A DNA stretch of 64,000 nucleotides, from NCBI GenBank assembly GCA_964019425.1, contig OZ025804.1, forward strand, positions 372,001 through 436,000. The letters run 5' to 3'. Each line of letters starts with the position of its first letter. The first letter of the stretch is position 1. Positions 1 through 9,949 of this stretch are shown here, piece by piece. Made by a program: the position numbers and the translations under genes. Origin of the DNA: Flectonema sp. DT1601. Lineage: Eukaryota. The notes beneath the pieces were generated by a model that worked only from the letters and a program-made list of their open reading frames with translations, was not told where the DNA came from and ran no database searches.

Positions 1-1111
1 AGTCTCCGACAGCTGAAACATTGCTGAGACTTGATAAGTCCAGAGATGTGAGGGATGGACAACTATTTAGGAAAAAGTCTCCAACAGCTGAAACATTGCT
101 GAGACCTGATAAGTTAACAGATGTGAGGGATGTACAAGCGCTTAGAAAAAAGTCTCCAACAGCTGAAACATTGCTGAGACCTGATAAGTTAACAGATGTG
201 AAGGATGAACAATTACTTAGAAAAAAGTTTCCAACAACTGAAACATTGCTGAGACTTGATAAGTTAACAGATGTGAGAGAAAAACAGGAATTTAGAAAAC
301 AGTCTCCAACAGCTAAAACATTGCTGAGACTTGATAAATCTACAGATGTGAGGGATGGACAATTACTTAGAAAATAACTTCCAACAGCTGAAACATTGCT
401 GAAACTTGATAAGTCAACAGATGTGAGGGATGAACAATTACGTAGAAAACAATCTCCAACAACTGAAATATTGCTGATACTTGATAAGTCAACAGATGTG
501 AGGGATGAACAATTACCTAGAAAACCATCTCCAACAACTGAAACATTGCTGAGACTTGATAAGTCTATGGATGACAGTGAATTGCAATCTTGGAGGAAAT
601 TATTACCAACAGATGTGATGTATTGAAGACCAGGCAGACTGACCTTTATAATGGCATGCTTTGACAATAAGAATTCATCCGAAACGGTCGTGACTGAGGG
701 TTCAGAGTTGCTGAATGAGATGTTCGTAACATCATCCGAGAACCACTCCCTGTTATTAAACTGAAGACAGCCATCCACAGCGAATGTGGGAGTATCAAGG
801 CAGAAAAACCCGTCCTGATCCCGTTCTCCTCGTAGGAATGCCTTCGCTCTCTTTGCATCATCTGTAAACCATTCCAATCCAAACAAGCGCACTACAGATG
901 CATCCAACAGCGAGCCGTCCTCCACTCCGTGCGACACCAGTCGACTACCTGCTCGAAGCAGCGATCCTGCGAATGAAAGCTCAAGAAAGTCAGCATCGGT
1001 ATCCCACTCATCAGCTGCAACCTGCAATGCATCCTTCACGAGCGACTCTCCAGAAGCTGTGAAAACAACGTCAGGAAATCCTGTGTCTGGGAACGTAACC
1101 GAGAGTTGCAT
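1..1111 (-). CDS. UBL + BspA-type LRR protein, array copy 1 (3' end runs off the window)
   Basis: Same MQLSVTFPDTG start (CAT at 1109-1111) and 75-bp repeats as the other copies. Carries an in-frame variant segment FLLSKHAIIKV. Absent from the ORF track because its stop lies outside the window. Confidence 0.85.
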   Translation of the reverse strand, partial: MQLSVTFPDTGFPDVVFTASGESLVKDALQVAADEWDTDADFLELSFAGSLLRAGSRLVSHGVEDGSLLDASVVRLFGLEWFTDDAKRAKAFLRGERDQDGFFCLDTPTFAVDGCLQFNNREWFSDDVTNISFSNSEPSVTTVSDEFLLSKHAIIKVSLPGLQYITSVGNNFLQDCNSLSSIDLSSLSNVSVVGDGFLGNCSSLTSVDLSSISNISVVGDCFLRNCSSLTSVDLSSFSNVSAVGSYFLSNCPSLTSVDLSSLSNVLAVGDCFLNSCFSLTSVNLSSLSNVSVVGNFFLSNCSSFTSVNLSGLSNVSAVGDFFLSACTSLTSVNLSGLSNVSAVGDFFLNSCPSLTSLDLSSLSNVSAVGD

Positions 1112-1347
1112 TTTAACTCGCCCGAGTAACCTACGAAATGTGATGATGAATAGCTTGGAGTATGAGTATGATGAGATTAAAGAACGTGCAAAAACATATT
1201 TCTTCAAACGGACTTCTTTTTTTTTGTTGCACAATATGGTCCCAACCTATTGAGATTAATGCTGGGTTCTGATAATGTCATCTTCGCTGTTAAGTAAAAA
1301 AGTGATAAGTAGGTTTCGCTTTCAAAGAAGAATCAGTTAAAACAATT

Positions 1348-1518
1348 ATTTTATTTATTTATTTATTTATTTATGAAGCCTAGGAAGACAAAAGCCAGGA
1401 AAAGCTCACAGGGTAACAGTTATATCGCTACCAGCAACCGTGAGACTCTCATAGACGATAACAGACGTAGAATAACCTGGAACAAATGACTACCTAAACC
1501 CACCGTCCACGCGAGCAG
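1348..1518 (-). mobile_element. ~170-bp SINE-like retroposon with (TAAA)n tail
   Basis: Absent from the homologous spacers (empty site AAAACAATTGTCGGG near 5805, 12678, 21525). Flanked by a 6-bp duplication ACAATT (1342-1347 and 1519-1524). (TATT)n on + is a 3' tail on -. Diverged homologs at 50519-50683 and 33597-33660. Confidence 0.8.
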
Positions 1519-1659
1519 ACAATTGTCGGGTTAAAACGAATCGGTGAGTGAAATTTACGCAAGAACAACCATACGATCTCTTACAGTTTAGTTGCGGGTT
1601 TGGGGGGGGTGTACGAGTCATCCTTTAAAGAAAAATACATCAACGAATATGCACACAGC

Positions 1660-1741
1660 TGCTGTCAGTAGATGCAGTACCGCAAACAGCACTAGAAACT
1701 CCCAACATTGCGGCCAGTGCAGTAAGTCTGAGTAACTTCAT
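1660..1741 (-). pseudogene. Orphan 5' fragment (signal peptide MKLLRLTALAAMLGVSSAVCGTASTDS) of the DOMON-protein gene
   Basis: Identical to the first 27 codons of 56624..58375, with its upstream region attached. Further copies at 5948-6029, 12826-12907, 21673-21754 and 55799-55880. Confidence 0.85.
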
Positions 1742-1962
1742 GATTAGCAGGTGGCAATAAACTGTGAAAAAAATATTTTAACAATCCGAGTGACTACAAA
1801 CTGATAGTTCCTTAGAATTACGACAACAGGAATGTTTCATCTAAATTATTTATTGTTTCCGTTTTAAGAATCGAAACATAAAATCAAATGATCCGTCATA
1901 TGAACATCTTAAATGAAGGGAAGTGGAAATAGACCTACACCCTTAGAGTATATATCCTTTTA

Positions 1963-3655
1963 AAGACGTTAGTACTGACGACATTTCAAACACGCAAAGG
2001 ACCAGCTGCTTTTGTCTTCAGTGCCAAGTGCAGAGAGAGACTCAAACAAGATCCATCGGTTAAAATCAGCAAGTAACTGTCTCTAGCCAAAACAAAAAAA
2101 AAAGGAATCGGATTTATCTTAAATTATACTTTGTTGGCACGAATCGGTGAACCGACTAAAAAGAAAGGAATGTTTACGTGTGCTGGCAGCATTTATTTTA
2201 AAGACGTTCCTACTGACGATATTTCAAACACGCAAAGGACCAGCTGTTTTTGTCTTCAGTGCCAAGTGCAGAGAGCGACTCAAACAAGATCCATCGGTTA
2301 AAATCAGCAAGTAACTGTCTCTAGCCAAAACAAAAAAAAAAGGAATCGGATTTATCTTAAATTATACTTTGTTGGCACGAATCGGTGAACCGACTAAAAA
2401 GAAAGGAATGTTTACGTGTGCTGGCAGCATTTCTTTTAAAGACGTTCCTACTGACGACATTTCAAACACGCAAAGGACCAGCTGCTTTTGTCTTCAGTGC
2501 CAAGTGCAGAGAGAGACTCAAACAAGATCCATCGGTTGAAATCAGTAAGTAACTGTCGCTAGCCAAAACAAAAAAAAAAGGAATTGGATTTATCTTAAAT
2601 TATTAAATTATACTTTGTTGGTGCACGAATCGGTGAACCGACTAAAAAGAAAGGAATGTTTACGTGTGCTGGCAGCATTTCTTTTAAAGACGTTAGTACT
2701 GACGACATTTCAAACACGCAAAAGACCAGCTGCTTTTGTCTTCAGTGCCAAGTGCAGAGAGCGACTCAAACAAGATCCATCGGTTAAAATCAGCAAGTAA
2801 CTGTCTCTAGCCAAAACAAAAAAAAAAGGAATCGGATTTATCTTAAATTATACTTTGTTGGCACGAATCGGTGAACCGACTAAAAAGAAAGGAATGTTTA
2901 CGTGTGCTGGCAGCATTTCTTTTAAAGACGTTCCTACTGACGACATTTCAAACACGCAAAAGACCAGCTGCTTTTGTCTTCAGTGCCAAGTGCAGAGAGA
3001 GACTCAAACAAGATCCATCGGTTGAAATCAGTAAGTAACTGTCGCTAGCTAGAAACACAAAAAAAAGAAAATTGGATTTATCTTAAATTATTAAATTATA
3101 CTTTGTTGGTGCACGAATCGGTGAACCGACTAAAAAGAAACGAATGTTTACGTGTGCTGGCAGCATTTCTTTTAAAGACGTTCCTACTGACGACATTTCA
3201 AACACGCAAAAGACCAGCTGCTTTTGTCTTCAGTGCCAAGTGCAGAGAGAGACTCAAACAAGATCCATCGGTTGAAATCAGTAAGTAACTGTCGTAGCTA
3301 GAAACACAAAAAAAAGGAATCGGATTTATCTTAAATTATACTTTGTTGGTGCACGAATCGGCGAACCGACTAGAAAGAAACGAATGTTTACGTGTGCTGG
3401 CAGCATTTCTTTTAAAGACGTTCCTACTGACGACATTTCAAACACGCAAAGGACCAGCTGCTTTTGTCTTCAGTGCCAAGTGCAGAGAGAGACTCAAACA
3501 AGATCCATCGGTTGAAATCAGTAAGTAACTGTCGCTAGCCATAACAAAAAAAAAAGGAATCGGATTTATCTTAAATTATACTTTGTTGGTGCACCAAACT
3601 GTGAATCGACTAAAAAGAAAAGAAGGTTTACATGTGCCGGCAGCAATTTCTTTTG
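1963..3655. repeat. Tandem repeat, 7 units of 238-250 bp
   Basis: Units start AAGACGTT(AG/CC)TACTGACGA at 1963, 2201, 2439, 2687, 2925, 3175 and 3415. Single copies of the unit occur near 56100, 59119 and 62219. Confidence 0.95.
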
Positions 3656-4337
3656 TGCTTACAATATATTTATTAAACGCAAAAAAAAAAGACGAAAACC
3701 AGAGAGGAAATTCGACATAAAAGATCGCATATATGGACGAAAAGAATATTTTTCAAAAAAAAATTACACTATGGTGACAAAGTTACAGTAAAGACCATCA
3801 ACATTACTAACAGCATGTGCTGCAATTGATTTATTCTTCGCCGTCGACTTCGAAATACACAAAAACAAGTAATAAAAAGAAACACCTTTTTATTTAAATA
3901 ATAAGTTGAAAGAAATAATAAACTAAACCTGATCAGGGCAGCTGGCAACGTTATTCATAACAAAGAAAGAAAGTTTACGCGTGTGCTGCCAACATTCCTT
4001 TTCGTGCTTATTCGGGGAAGGGTGGGTGGGATCTTTTGTAGTAGTAGTTGGAGGAAGAGAAGTGGGATCAAAGTCTGACAAAGGGAGAAATTGATATCGT
4101 GATTGATATTGCGACTAATTTACACTCAAATCCACAGAATAAGGGAGTCCGATAAGAACACTGCAATGCGATCAAATATTCAATTCCAACTAACAAACAC
4201 TTGTTAAGAGTGTGTGAGCGAACACACATCTTCTTTTCTGAAAACACCATCAAATAAAAGATAGATTAAATACTTCGAAATAAAACTAAGGGAACAACGC
4301 ACACACACTAAAAACAACACTTATGTGGTTTGTGTCA

Positions 4338-5582
4338 TTACAAATTCTTTATGCTCGTATGCAGTTCGTCTCTGTTAATGGATGAACAATCTTTTAGGAA
4401 ATCACTTCCAACGGATTCCACATTCATGAGGGTTAAATCCAAGGATGTAAGTGATGAACAATTTCTTAAAAAATTGTTTCCAACAACTGACACATTGCTG
4501 AAACTTGATAAGTCCAGAGATGTGAGGGAGGAACAATTACGTAGAAAATAGTCTCCAACAACTGACACATTGCTGAGACTGGATAAGTTAACAGATGTGA
4601 GGGATCTACAAGCGCTTAGAAAATGGTGTCCAACAACTGAAATATTGCTGAGACTTGACAAGTCAAGAAATGTGAGGGATGAACAACCAATGAGAAAATA
4701 GTTTCCAACAACTGAAACATTGCTGAGACTTGATAAGTCAAGAAATGTGAGGGATGACAAAAAATTTACAAAATTGTTTCTAACAACTGAAACATTGCTG
4801 AGACCTGATAAGTCCAGAGATGTGAGGGATCTACAAGAAATTAGAAAATTTTTTTCAACAACTGAAACATTGCTGAGACTTGATAAGTCCAGAGATGTGA
4901 GGGATAAACAATTACTTAAAAAACAATCTCCAACAACTGAAACATTGCTGAGACCTGATAAGTCAACAGATGTGAGGGATGTACAATTATATAAAAAACA
5001 ATATCCAATAACTGAAACATTGCTGAGACTTGATAAGTCTACGGATGACAGTGAATTGCATTCTAAGAGGAAATTATTACCAACAGATGTGACGTATTGA
5101 AGACCAGGCAGACTGACTTTTATAACCTTACGAGATGAGGATAAGAAATCTGAAACGGTCGTGACTGAGGGTTCAGAGTTGCTGAATGAGATGTTCGTAA
5201 CATCATCCGAGAACCACTCACTGTTATTAAACTGAAGACAGCCATCCACAGCGAATGTGGGAGTATCAAGGCAGAAAAACCCGTCCTGATCCCGTTCTCC
5301 TCGTAGGAATGCCTTCGCTCTCTTTGCATCATCTGTAAACCATTCCAATCCAAACAAGCGCACTACAGATGCATCCAACAGCGAGCCGTCCTCCACTCCG
5401 TGCGACACCAGTCGACTACCTGCTCGAAGCAGCGATCCTGCGAATGAAAGCTCAAGAAAGTCAGCATCGGTATCCCACTCATCAGCTGCAACCTGCAATG
5501 CATCCTTCACGAGCGACTCTCCAGAAGCTGTGAAAACAACGTCAGGAAATCCTGTGTCTGGGAACGTAACCGAGAGTTGCAT
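4338..5582 (-). CDS. UBL + LRR protein, array copy 2 (414 aa, 10 repeats)
   Basis: N-terminus aligns with ubiquitin (MQ..V...LSFAG..L..G..L..HGV..GS.L). 25-aa repeats SSLTSVDLSSLSNVSxVGxxFLxxC follow. Start placed at MQLSV because the upstream frame has indels between copies. Confidence 0.9.
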   Translation of the reverse strand: MQLSVTFPDTGFPDVVFTASGESLVKDALQVAADEWDTDADFLELSFAGSLLRAGSRLVSHGVEDGSLLDASVVRLFGLEWFTDDAKRAKAFLRGERDQDGFFCLDTPTFAVDGCLQFNNSEWFSDDVTNISFSNSEPSVTTVSDFLSSSRKVIKVSLPGLQYVTSVGNNFLLECNSLSSVDLSSLSNVSVIGYCFLYNCTSLTSVDLSGLSNVSVVGDCFLSNCLSLTSLDLSSLSNVSVVEKNFLISCRSLTSLDLSGLSNVSVVRNNFVNFLSSLTFLDLSSLSNVSVVGNYFLIGCSSLTFLDLSSLSNISVVGHHFLSACRSLTSVNLSSLSNVSVVGDYFLRNCSSLTSLDLSSFSNVSVVGNNFLRNCSSLTSLDLTLMNVESVGSDFLKDCSSINRDELHTSIKNL

Positions 5583-6251
5583 TTTAACTCGCCTGAGTAA
5601 CCTACGAAATGTGATGTTGAATGGCTTGGAGTATGATGAGATTAAAGAACGTGCAAAACATATTTCTTCAAACGGACTTCTTTTTTTCATGCTGCACAAT
5701 TTAGTCCCAACCTATTGAGATTAACGCTGGGTTCTGATAATGTCATCTTCGCTGTTAAAGTAAAAAGTGATAATTAGGTTTCGCTTTCAAAGAAGAATCA
5801 GTTAAAACAATTGTCGGGTTAAAACGAATCGGTGAGTGAAATTTACGCAAGAACAACCATACGATCTCTTACAGTTTAGTTGCGGGTTTGGGGGGGGTGT
5901 ACGGGTCATCCTTTAAAGAAAAATACATCAAAGAATATGCACACAGCTGCTGTCAGTAGATGCAGTACCGCAAACAGCACTAGAAACTCCCAACATTGCG
6001 GCCAGTGCAGTAAGTCTGAGTAACTTCATGATTAGCAGGTGGCAATAAACTGTGAAAAGAAATATTTTAATAATCCGAGTGACTACAAACTGATAGTTCC
6101 TTAGAATTACGACAACAGGAATGTTTCATCTAAATTATTTATTGTTTCCGTTTTAAGAATCGAAACATAAAATCAAACGATCCGTCATATGAACATCTTA
6201 AATGAAGGGAAGTGGAAATAGACCTACACCCTTAGAGTATATATCCTTTGG

Positions 6252-6298
6252 ACAACGTCAGGAAACCCTGTGTCTGGGAACGTAACCAAGAGTTGCAT
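6252..6298 (-). pseudogene. Truncated UBL-LRR gene head (MQLLVTFPDTGFPDVV) with intact 5' leader
   Basis: First 16 codons of the array gene, joined to DOMON-gene upstream DNA at ATATCCTTT|GG. The same junction recurs at 13129-13175 and 21977-22023. Confidence 0.85.
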
Positions 6299-7100
6299 TT
6301 TAACTCGCCTGAGTAACCTACGAAATGTGATGATGAATGGCTTGGAGTATGATGAGATTAAAGAACGTGCAAAAACGTATTTCTTCAAACAGACTTCTTT
6401 CTTATGATACACGATTTAGTCTCAACCTATTGAAGTTGGGGGTTCTGATAATGTCATCTTCGCTGTTAAGTAAAAAGTGATAATTAAGTTTCACTTTCAA
6501 AGAAGAAACAGACAAATCAAAAACAAACAGTAGCTGACTTTAGCAAAACAACACAGTGATTGCGGTGACAAGTTCCGCGTTACTCAATTTTTCGATCCAC
6601 CGAGCACTGGAGAATCACAGCAGGGAGAGGATCCCAGAAACGTCAATCAAAAAAAGGTTCACAAAAGAGAAGATTTCGGTAATAAGCTTTCCATCACTGT
6701 TTGCACCTGAGAAGGAAATATGATAAGAGAATAAGGCATTAACTAAACAAGCTGAGATCAACACAAAGAAGTATCTACACTGTGGATGGGTGCAGATTAC
6801 TTCCACTCGAGCAGGGATTGTGTCAGTCCCGTTTCGATTCGACCAGACACTGGCGGGGGAAGGATGCGGGTGGGGAATACCAAATGGGGTTGGGAGTCTG
6901 ATAGAATATGACCCAGTCAAGGGAATAAGAACACTGCAATGCAATCAAATATTCAATTCCAACTAACAAACACTTGTTAAGAGTGTGTGAGCGAACACAC
7001 ATCTGAAAACACCAACAAATAAAAGATAAGTTAAATACTTTGAAATAAAACAAAGGGAACAACGCACACACTAAAAACAACACTTATGTGATTTATGTAA

Positions 7101-8357
7101 TTACAAATTCTTTATGCTCGTATGCAGTTCGTCTCTGTTAATGGATGAACAATCTTTTAGGAAATTACTTCCAACGGATTCCACATTCATGAGGGTTAAA
7201 TCCAAGGAAGTAAGTGATGAACAATTTCTTAGAAAACAGTCTCCAACAGCTGAAACATTGCTGAGACTTGATAAATCTACAGATGTGAGGGATGAACAAC
7301 TACTTAGAAAATAGTCTCCAACAGCTGAAATATTGCTGAGACCTGATAAGTCTAGGGATGTGAGGGATGAACAATTACTTAGAAAACAATCTCCAACAAC
7401 TGAAACATTGCTGAGACTTGATAAATCTACAGATGTGAGGGATGAACAATAATATAGAAAATAATTTCCAACAACTGAAACATTGCTGAGACTTGATAAA
7501 TCTACAGATGTGAGGGATGAACAACCATTTAGAAAATGATTTCCAACAGCTGAAACATTGCTGATACTTGATAAGTCAACAGATCTGAGGGATGAACAAT
7601 TATATAAAAAACAACCTCCAACAACTGAAACATTGCTGAGACTTGATAAGTCTACAGATGTGAGGGATGAACAACCATTTAGAAAATGATTTCCAACAGC
7701 TGAAACATTGCTGATACTTGATAAGTCAACAGATCTGAGGGATGAACAATTATATAAAAAACAACCTCCAACAACTGAAACATTGCTGAGACTTGATAAG
7801 TCTATGGATGACAGTGAATAGCAATGTTTGAGGAAATTATTACCAACAGATGTGACGTATTGAAGACCAGGCAGACTGACCTTTTTAACCTTTTTAACCT
7901 TACGAGATGAGGATAAGAAATTATCCGAAACGGTCGTGACTGAGGGTTCAGAGTTGCTGAATGAGATGTTCGTAACATCATCCGAGAACCACTCACTGTT
8001 ACTAAACTGAAGACAGCCATCCACAGCGAATGTGGGAGTATCAAGGCAGAAAAACCCGTCCTGATTCCGTTCTCCTCGTAGGAATGCCTTCGCTCTCTTT
8101 GCAGCATCTGTAAACCATTCCAATCCAAACAAGCGCACCACAGATGCATTCAACAGCGAGCCGTCCTCCACTCCGTACGACACCAGTCGATTACCTGCTC
8201 GAAGCAGCGATCCTGCGAATGAAAGCTCAAGAAAGTCAGCATCGGTATCCCACTCATCAACTGCAACCTGCAATGCATCCTTCACGAGCGACTCTCCAGA
8301 AGCTGTGAAAACAACGTCAGGAAATCCTGTGTCTGGGAACGTAACCGAGAGTTGCAT
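7101..8357 (-). CDS. UBL + LRR protein, array copy 3 (418 aa, 10 repeats)
   Basis: As copy 2. Contains a 150-bp internal duplication (GGCFLYNC/GNHFLNGC twice) and a 9-bp duplication (KVKKVKKV). Confidence 0.9.
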   Translation of the reverse strand: MQLSVTFPDTGFPDVVFTASGESLVKDALQVAVDEWDTDADFLELSFAGSLLRAGNRLVSYGVEDGSLLNASVVRLFGLEWFTDAAKRAKAFLRGERNQDGFFCLDTPTFAVDGCLQFSNSEWFSDDVTNISFSNSEPSVTTVSDNFLSSSRKVKKVKKVSLPGLQYVTSVGNNFLKHCYSLSSIDLSSLSNVSVVGGCFLYNCSSLRSVDLSSISNVSAVGNHFLNGCSSLTSVDLSSLSNVSVVGGCFLYNCSSLRSVDLSSISNVSAVGNHFLNGCSSLTSVDLSSLSNVSVVGNYFLYYCSSLTSVDLSSLSNVSVVGDCFLSNCSSLTSLDLSGLSNISAVGDYFLSSCSSLTSVDLSSLSNVSAVGDCFLRNCSSLTSLDLTLMNVESVGSNFLKDCSSINRDELHTSIKNL

Positions 8358-8483
8358 TTTAACCCGCCTGAGTAACCTACGAAATGTGATGATGAATGGC
8401 TTGGAGTATGATGAGATTAAAGAACGTGCAAAACATATTTCTTCAAACGGACTTCTTTTTTTCATGCTGCACAATGTAGTCCC

Positions 8484-8571
8484 AACCTATTGAGATTAAC
8501 GCTGGGTTCTGATAATGTCATCTTCGCTGTTAAGTAAAAAGTGATAAGCAGGTTTCGCTTTCAAAGAAGAA
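8484..8571 (-). repeat. ~90-bp box: direct repeat on the 3' side of the retroelement and leader of all array genes
   Basis: AACCTATT...GGGTTCTGATAATGTCATCTTCGCTGTTAAGTAAAAAGTGATAA...TTTCGCTTTCAAAGAAGAA. 11 copies starting at 1244, 5709, 6424, 8484, 12579, 13301, 15530, 19296, 21432, 22150 and 24079 (last one shorter). Confidence 0.9.
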
Positions 8572-8958
8572 ATTTTGTGGCATGTTGCGGTCACAGATGT
8601 TACAGTACATATTACTACTTACTTTCGCAAATTTCAGGTTGTGTCTTGCTGGACATAAGTGAAGCTCTTCTCCAAAAATTAGAATGTCTGAATCTTCTAA
8701 TAAATTAATAAGTACATCCACAACTAACTCTTCATCAATCGTATTAGAACTTGAGGAAGTAGTTGAGGAAGATGAATCGGAAGAGGTCACAGATACGGTT
8801 TCTGAGGTTAAATCTGAGCAACTTGACATTGTTGTAGCTGCTTTCATTTTGATCTCATCGAAGTACCAGTAATGTAACAGTTCGTAAACATCATAATTAA
8901 CGTTGTCGAAGTTCATAGTGGCACCCGCTTTTCGATATAAGTGTATCAGCGTCGACAA
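8530..8958 (-). pseudogene. 3'-terminal ORF fragment of the retroelement: Ser-rich linker plus partial Cys/His finger
   Basis: CPARHNL...YCNICD resembles the first half of a C1/DC1-like finger. The frame reads into the 90-bp box and stops inside it. Confidence 0.5.
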
Positions 8959-9008
8959 AATTAGGACACATTTTCGCTAGTTCAGGTATTATTAAATTCA
9001 TAAAAGCC

Positions 9009-9470
9009 TCATAATTCCATTGCGACATAGTAAATACGGTGCATTGTTTTCCGTGACTTCTCGGTAAGATTGGCATATAGTCGCTCAGAAGTAGTATGGT
9101 ATGCCATTACGCTAATCGTACCCCAAAAATACGTATCCTCTGTACTGGCTGGGGAAATCCATCGTAAGCTTTTTTCCTGCACGCTATTAATAGTGATTAG
9201 TATTAAAGAACATCCCATTTCATCTAAGAAAGCTTGAATATACACATGAACTGTATATGGATTACTGTTAAGTACATCTTCTGTGAATTTTTCATAATCT
9301 GTGTCTACAAAACTTTGGTATTGCTCCTTCTTTAAAGTCAGTCTACGATGTATAACTCTACGATGTATAACTCTACGTACCCATTCAGCGTTTATGACTC
9401 CATTTTGACAAATTATTAGTGCCATAGATTCAAAGAAACAATTACCTGCTGTGTTTACCGAGGGTATTGT
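9009..9470 (-). pseudogene. OTU-like cysteine protease domain of the retroelement
   Basis: IPSVNTAGNCFFESMALII..AEWVRR..YQSFVDTDYEKF..IQAF..SLILI matches the OTU (D/A)GNC(L/F)F pattern. Same frame as the RT thumb in ORF 9009..10028. Catalytic His not clearly identifiable. Confidence 0.65.
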
Positions 9471-9949
9471 TAAGTTCCAGTCCATAGTTTCTAGCAGAGT
9501 TTTCATATCCCGAAACGTAAAATAAGAAACCAACTCGTTCAAATGTCCCAGATTCACCTTGGCATCCGAATTGGTAGGGGATGACAAATTTTGAACTAAG
9601 ACAGCTGTTCTGTCGGTTTCAATTTCATCTTTCTCGATGGGCGGGTACGTTATATAGTTTCTTTCACTAGTCGGGTAGTAATAATCTTTCTTCAAGCCTT
9701 CAAGGATCCGGTAGAAAAGATTGATGCATCTTTTATTGACAAAAGGATATTCTTCATAGAATTCATCACAAAATTCCTTGTAGCCGGTTGATATGTGATG
9801 CTTTTTAAATTTTCTATTAATCATCCGATAAATTATCCATTCAAACTCTATTAGTAGGTCAGAAAGGTTGTTACAAATCATGCTGGCTCTATACATCGCT
9901 CCTTTAACTATACCTTTGGGTATGGAATCAGGCATCGTGGAGTCTGCAT

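Noticed and set aside
1963..3655. CRISPR array or coding repeat (61-aa ORFs MLVHESVNRL)
   Set aside because: Units are whole ~240-bp repeats with no unique spacers and no cas genes. The ORFs use non-ATG starts, lie on the non-coding strand and are frameshifted in some units.
5583..5699. N-terminal extensions (MCSMKKRS.. / MYHKKEV..) on the LRR ORFs
   Set aside because: Non-ATG or inconsistent starts, with frame-changing indels between copies. The divergent paralogs begin at the UBL Met.
6615..6944. Repeated 109-aa ORF MHCSVLIPLTGS
   Set aside because: TTG start, no recognisable domain, and conservation is explained by recent duplication of the 3' flank.
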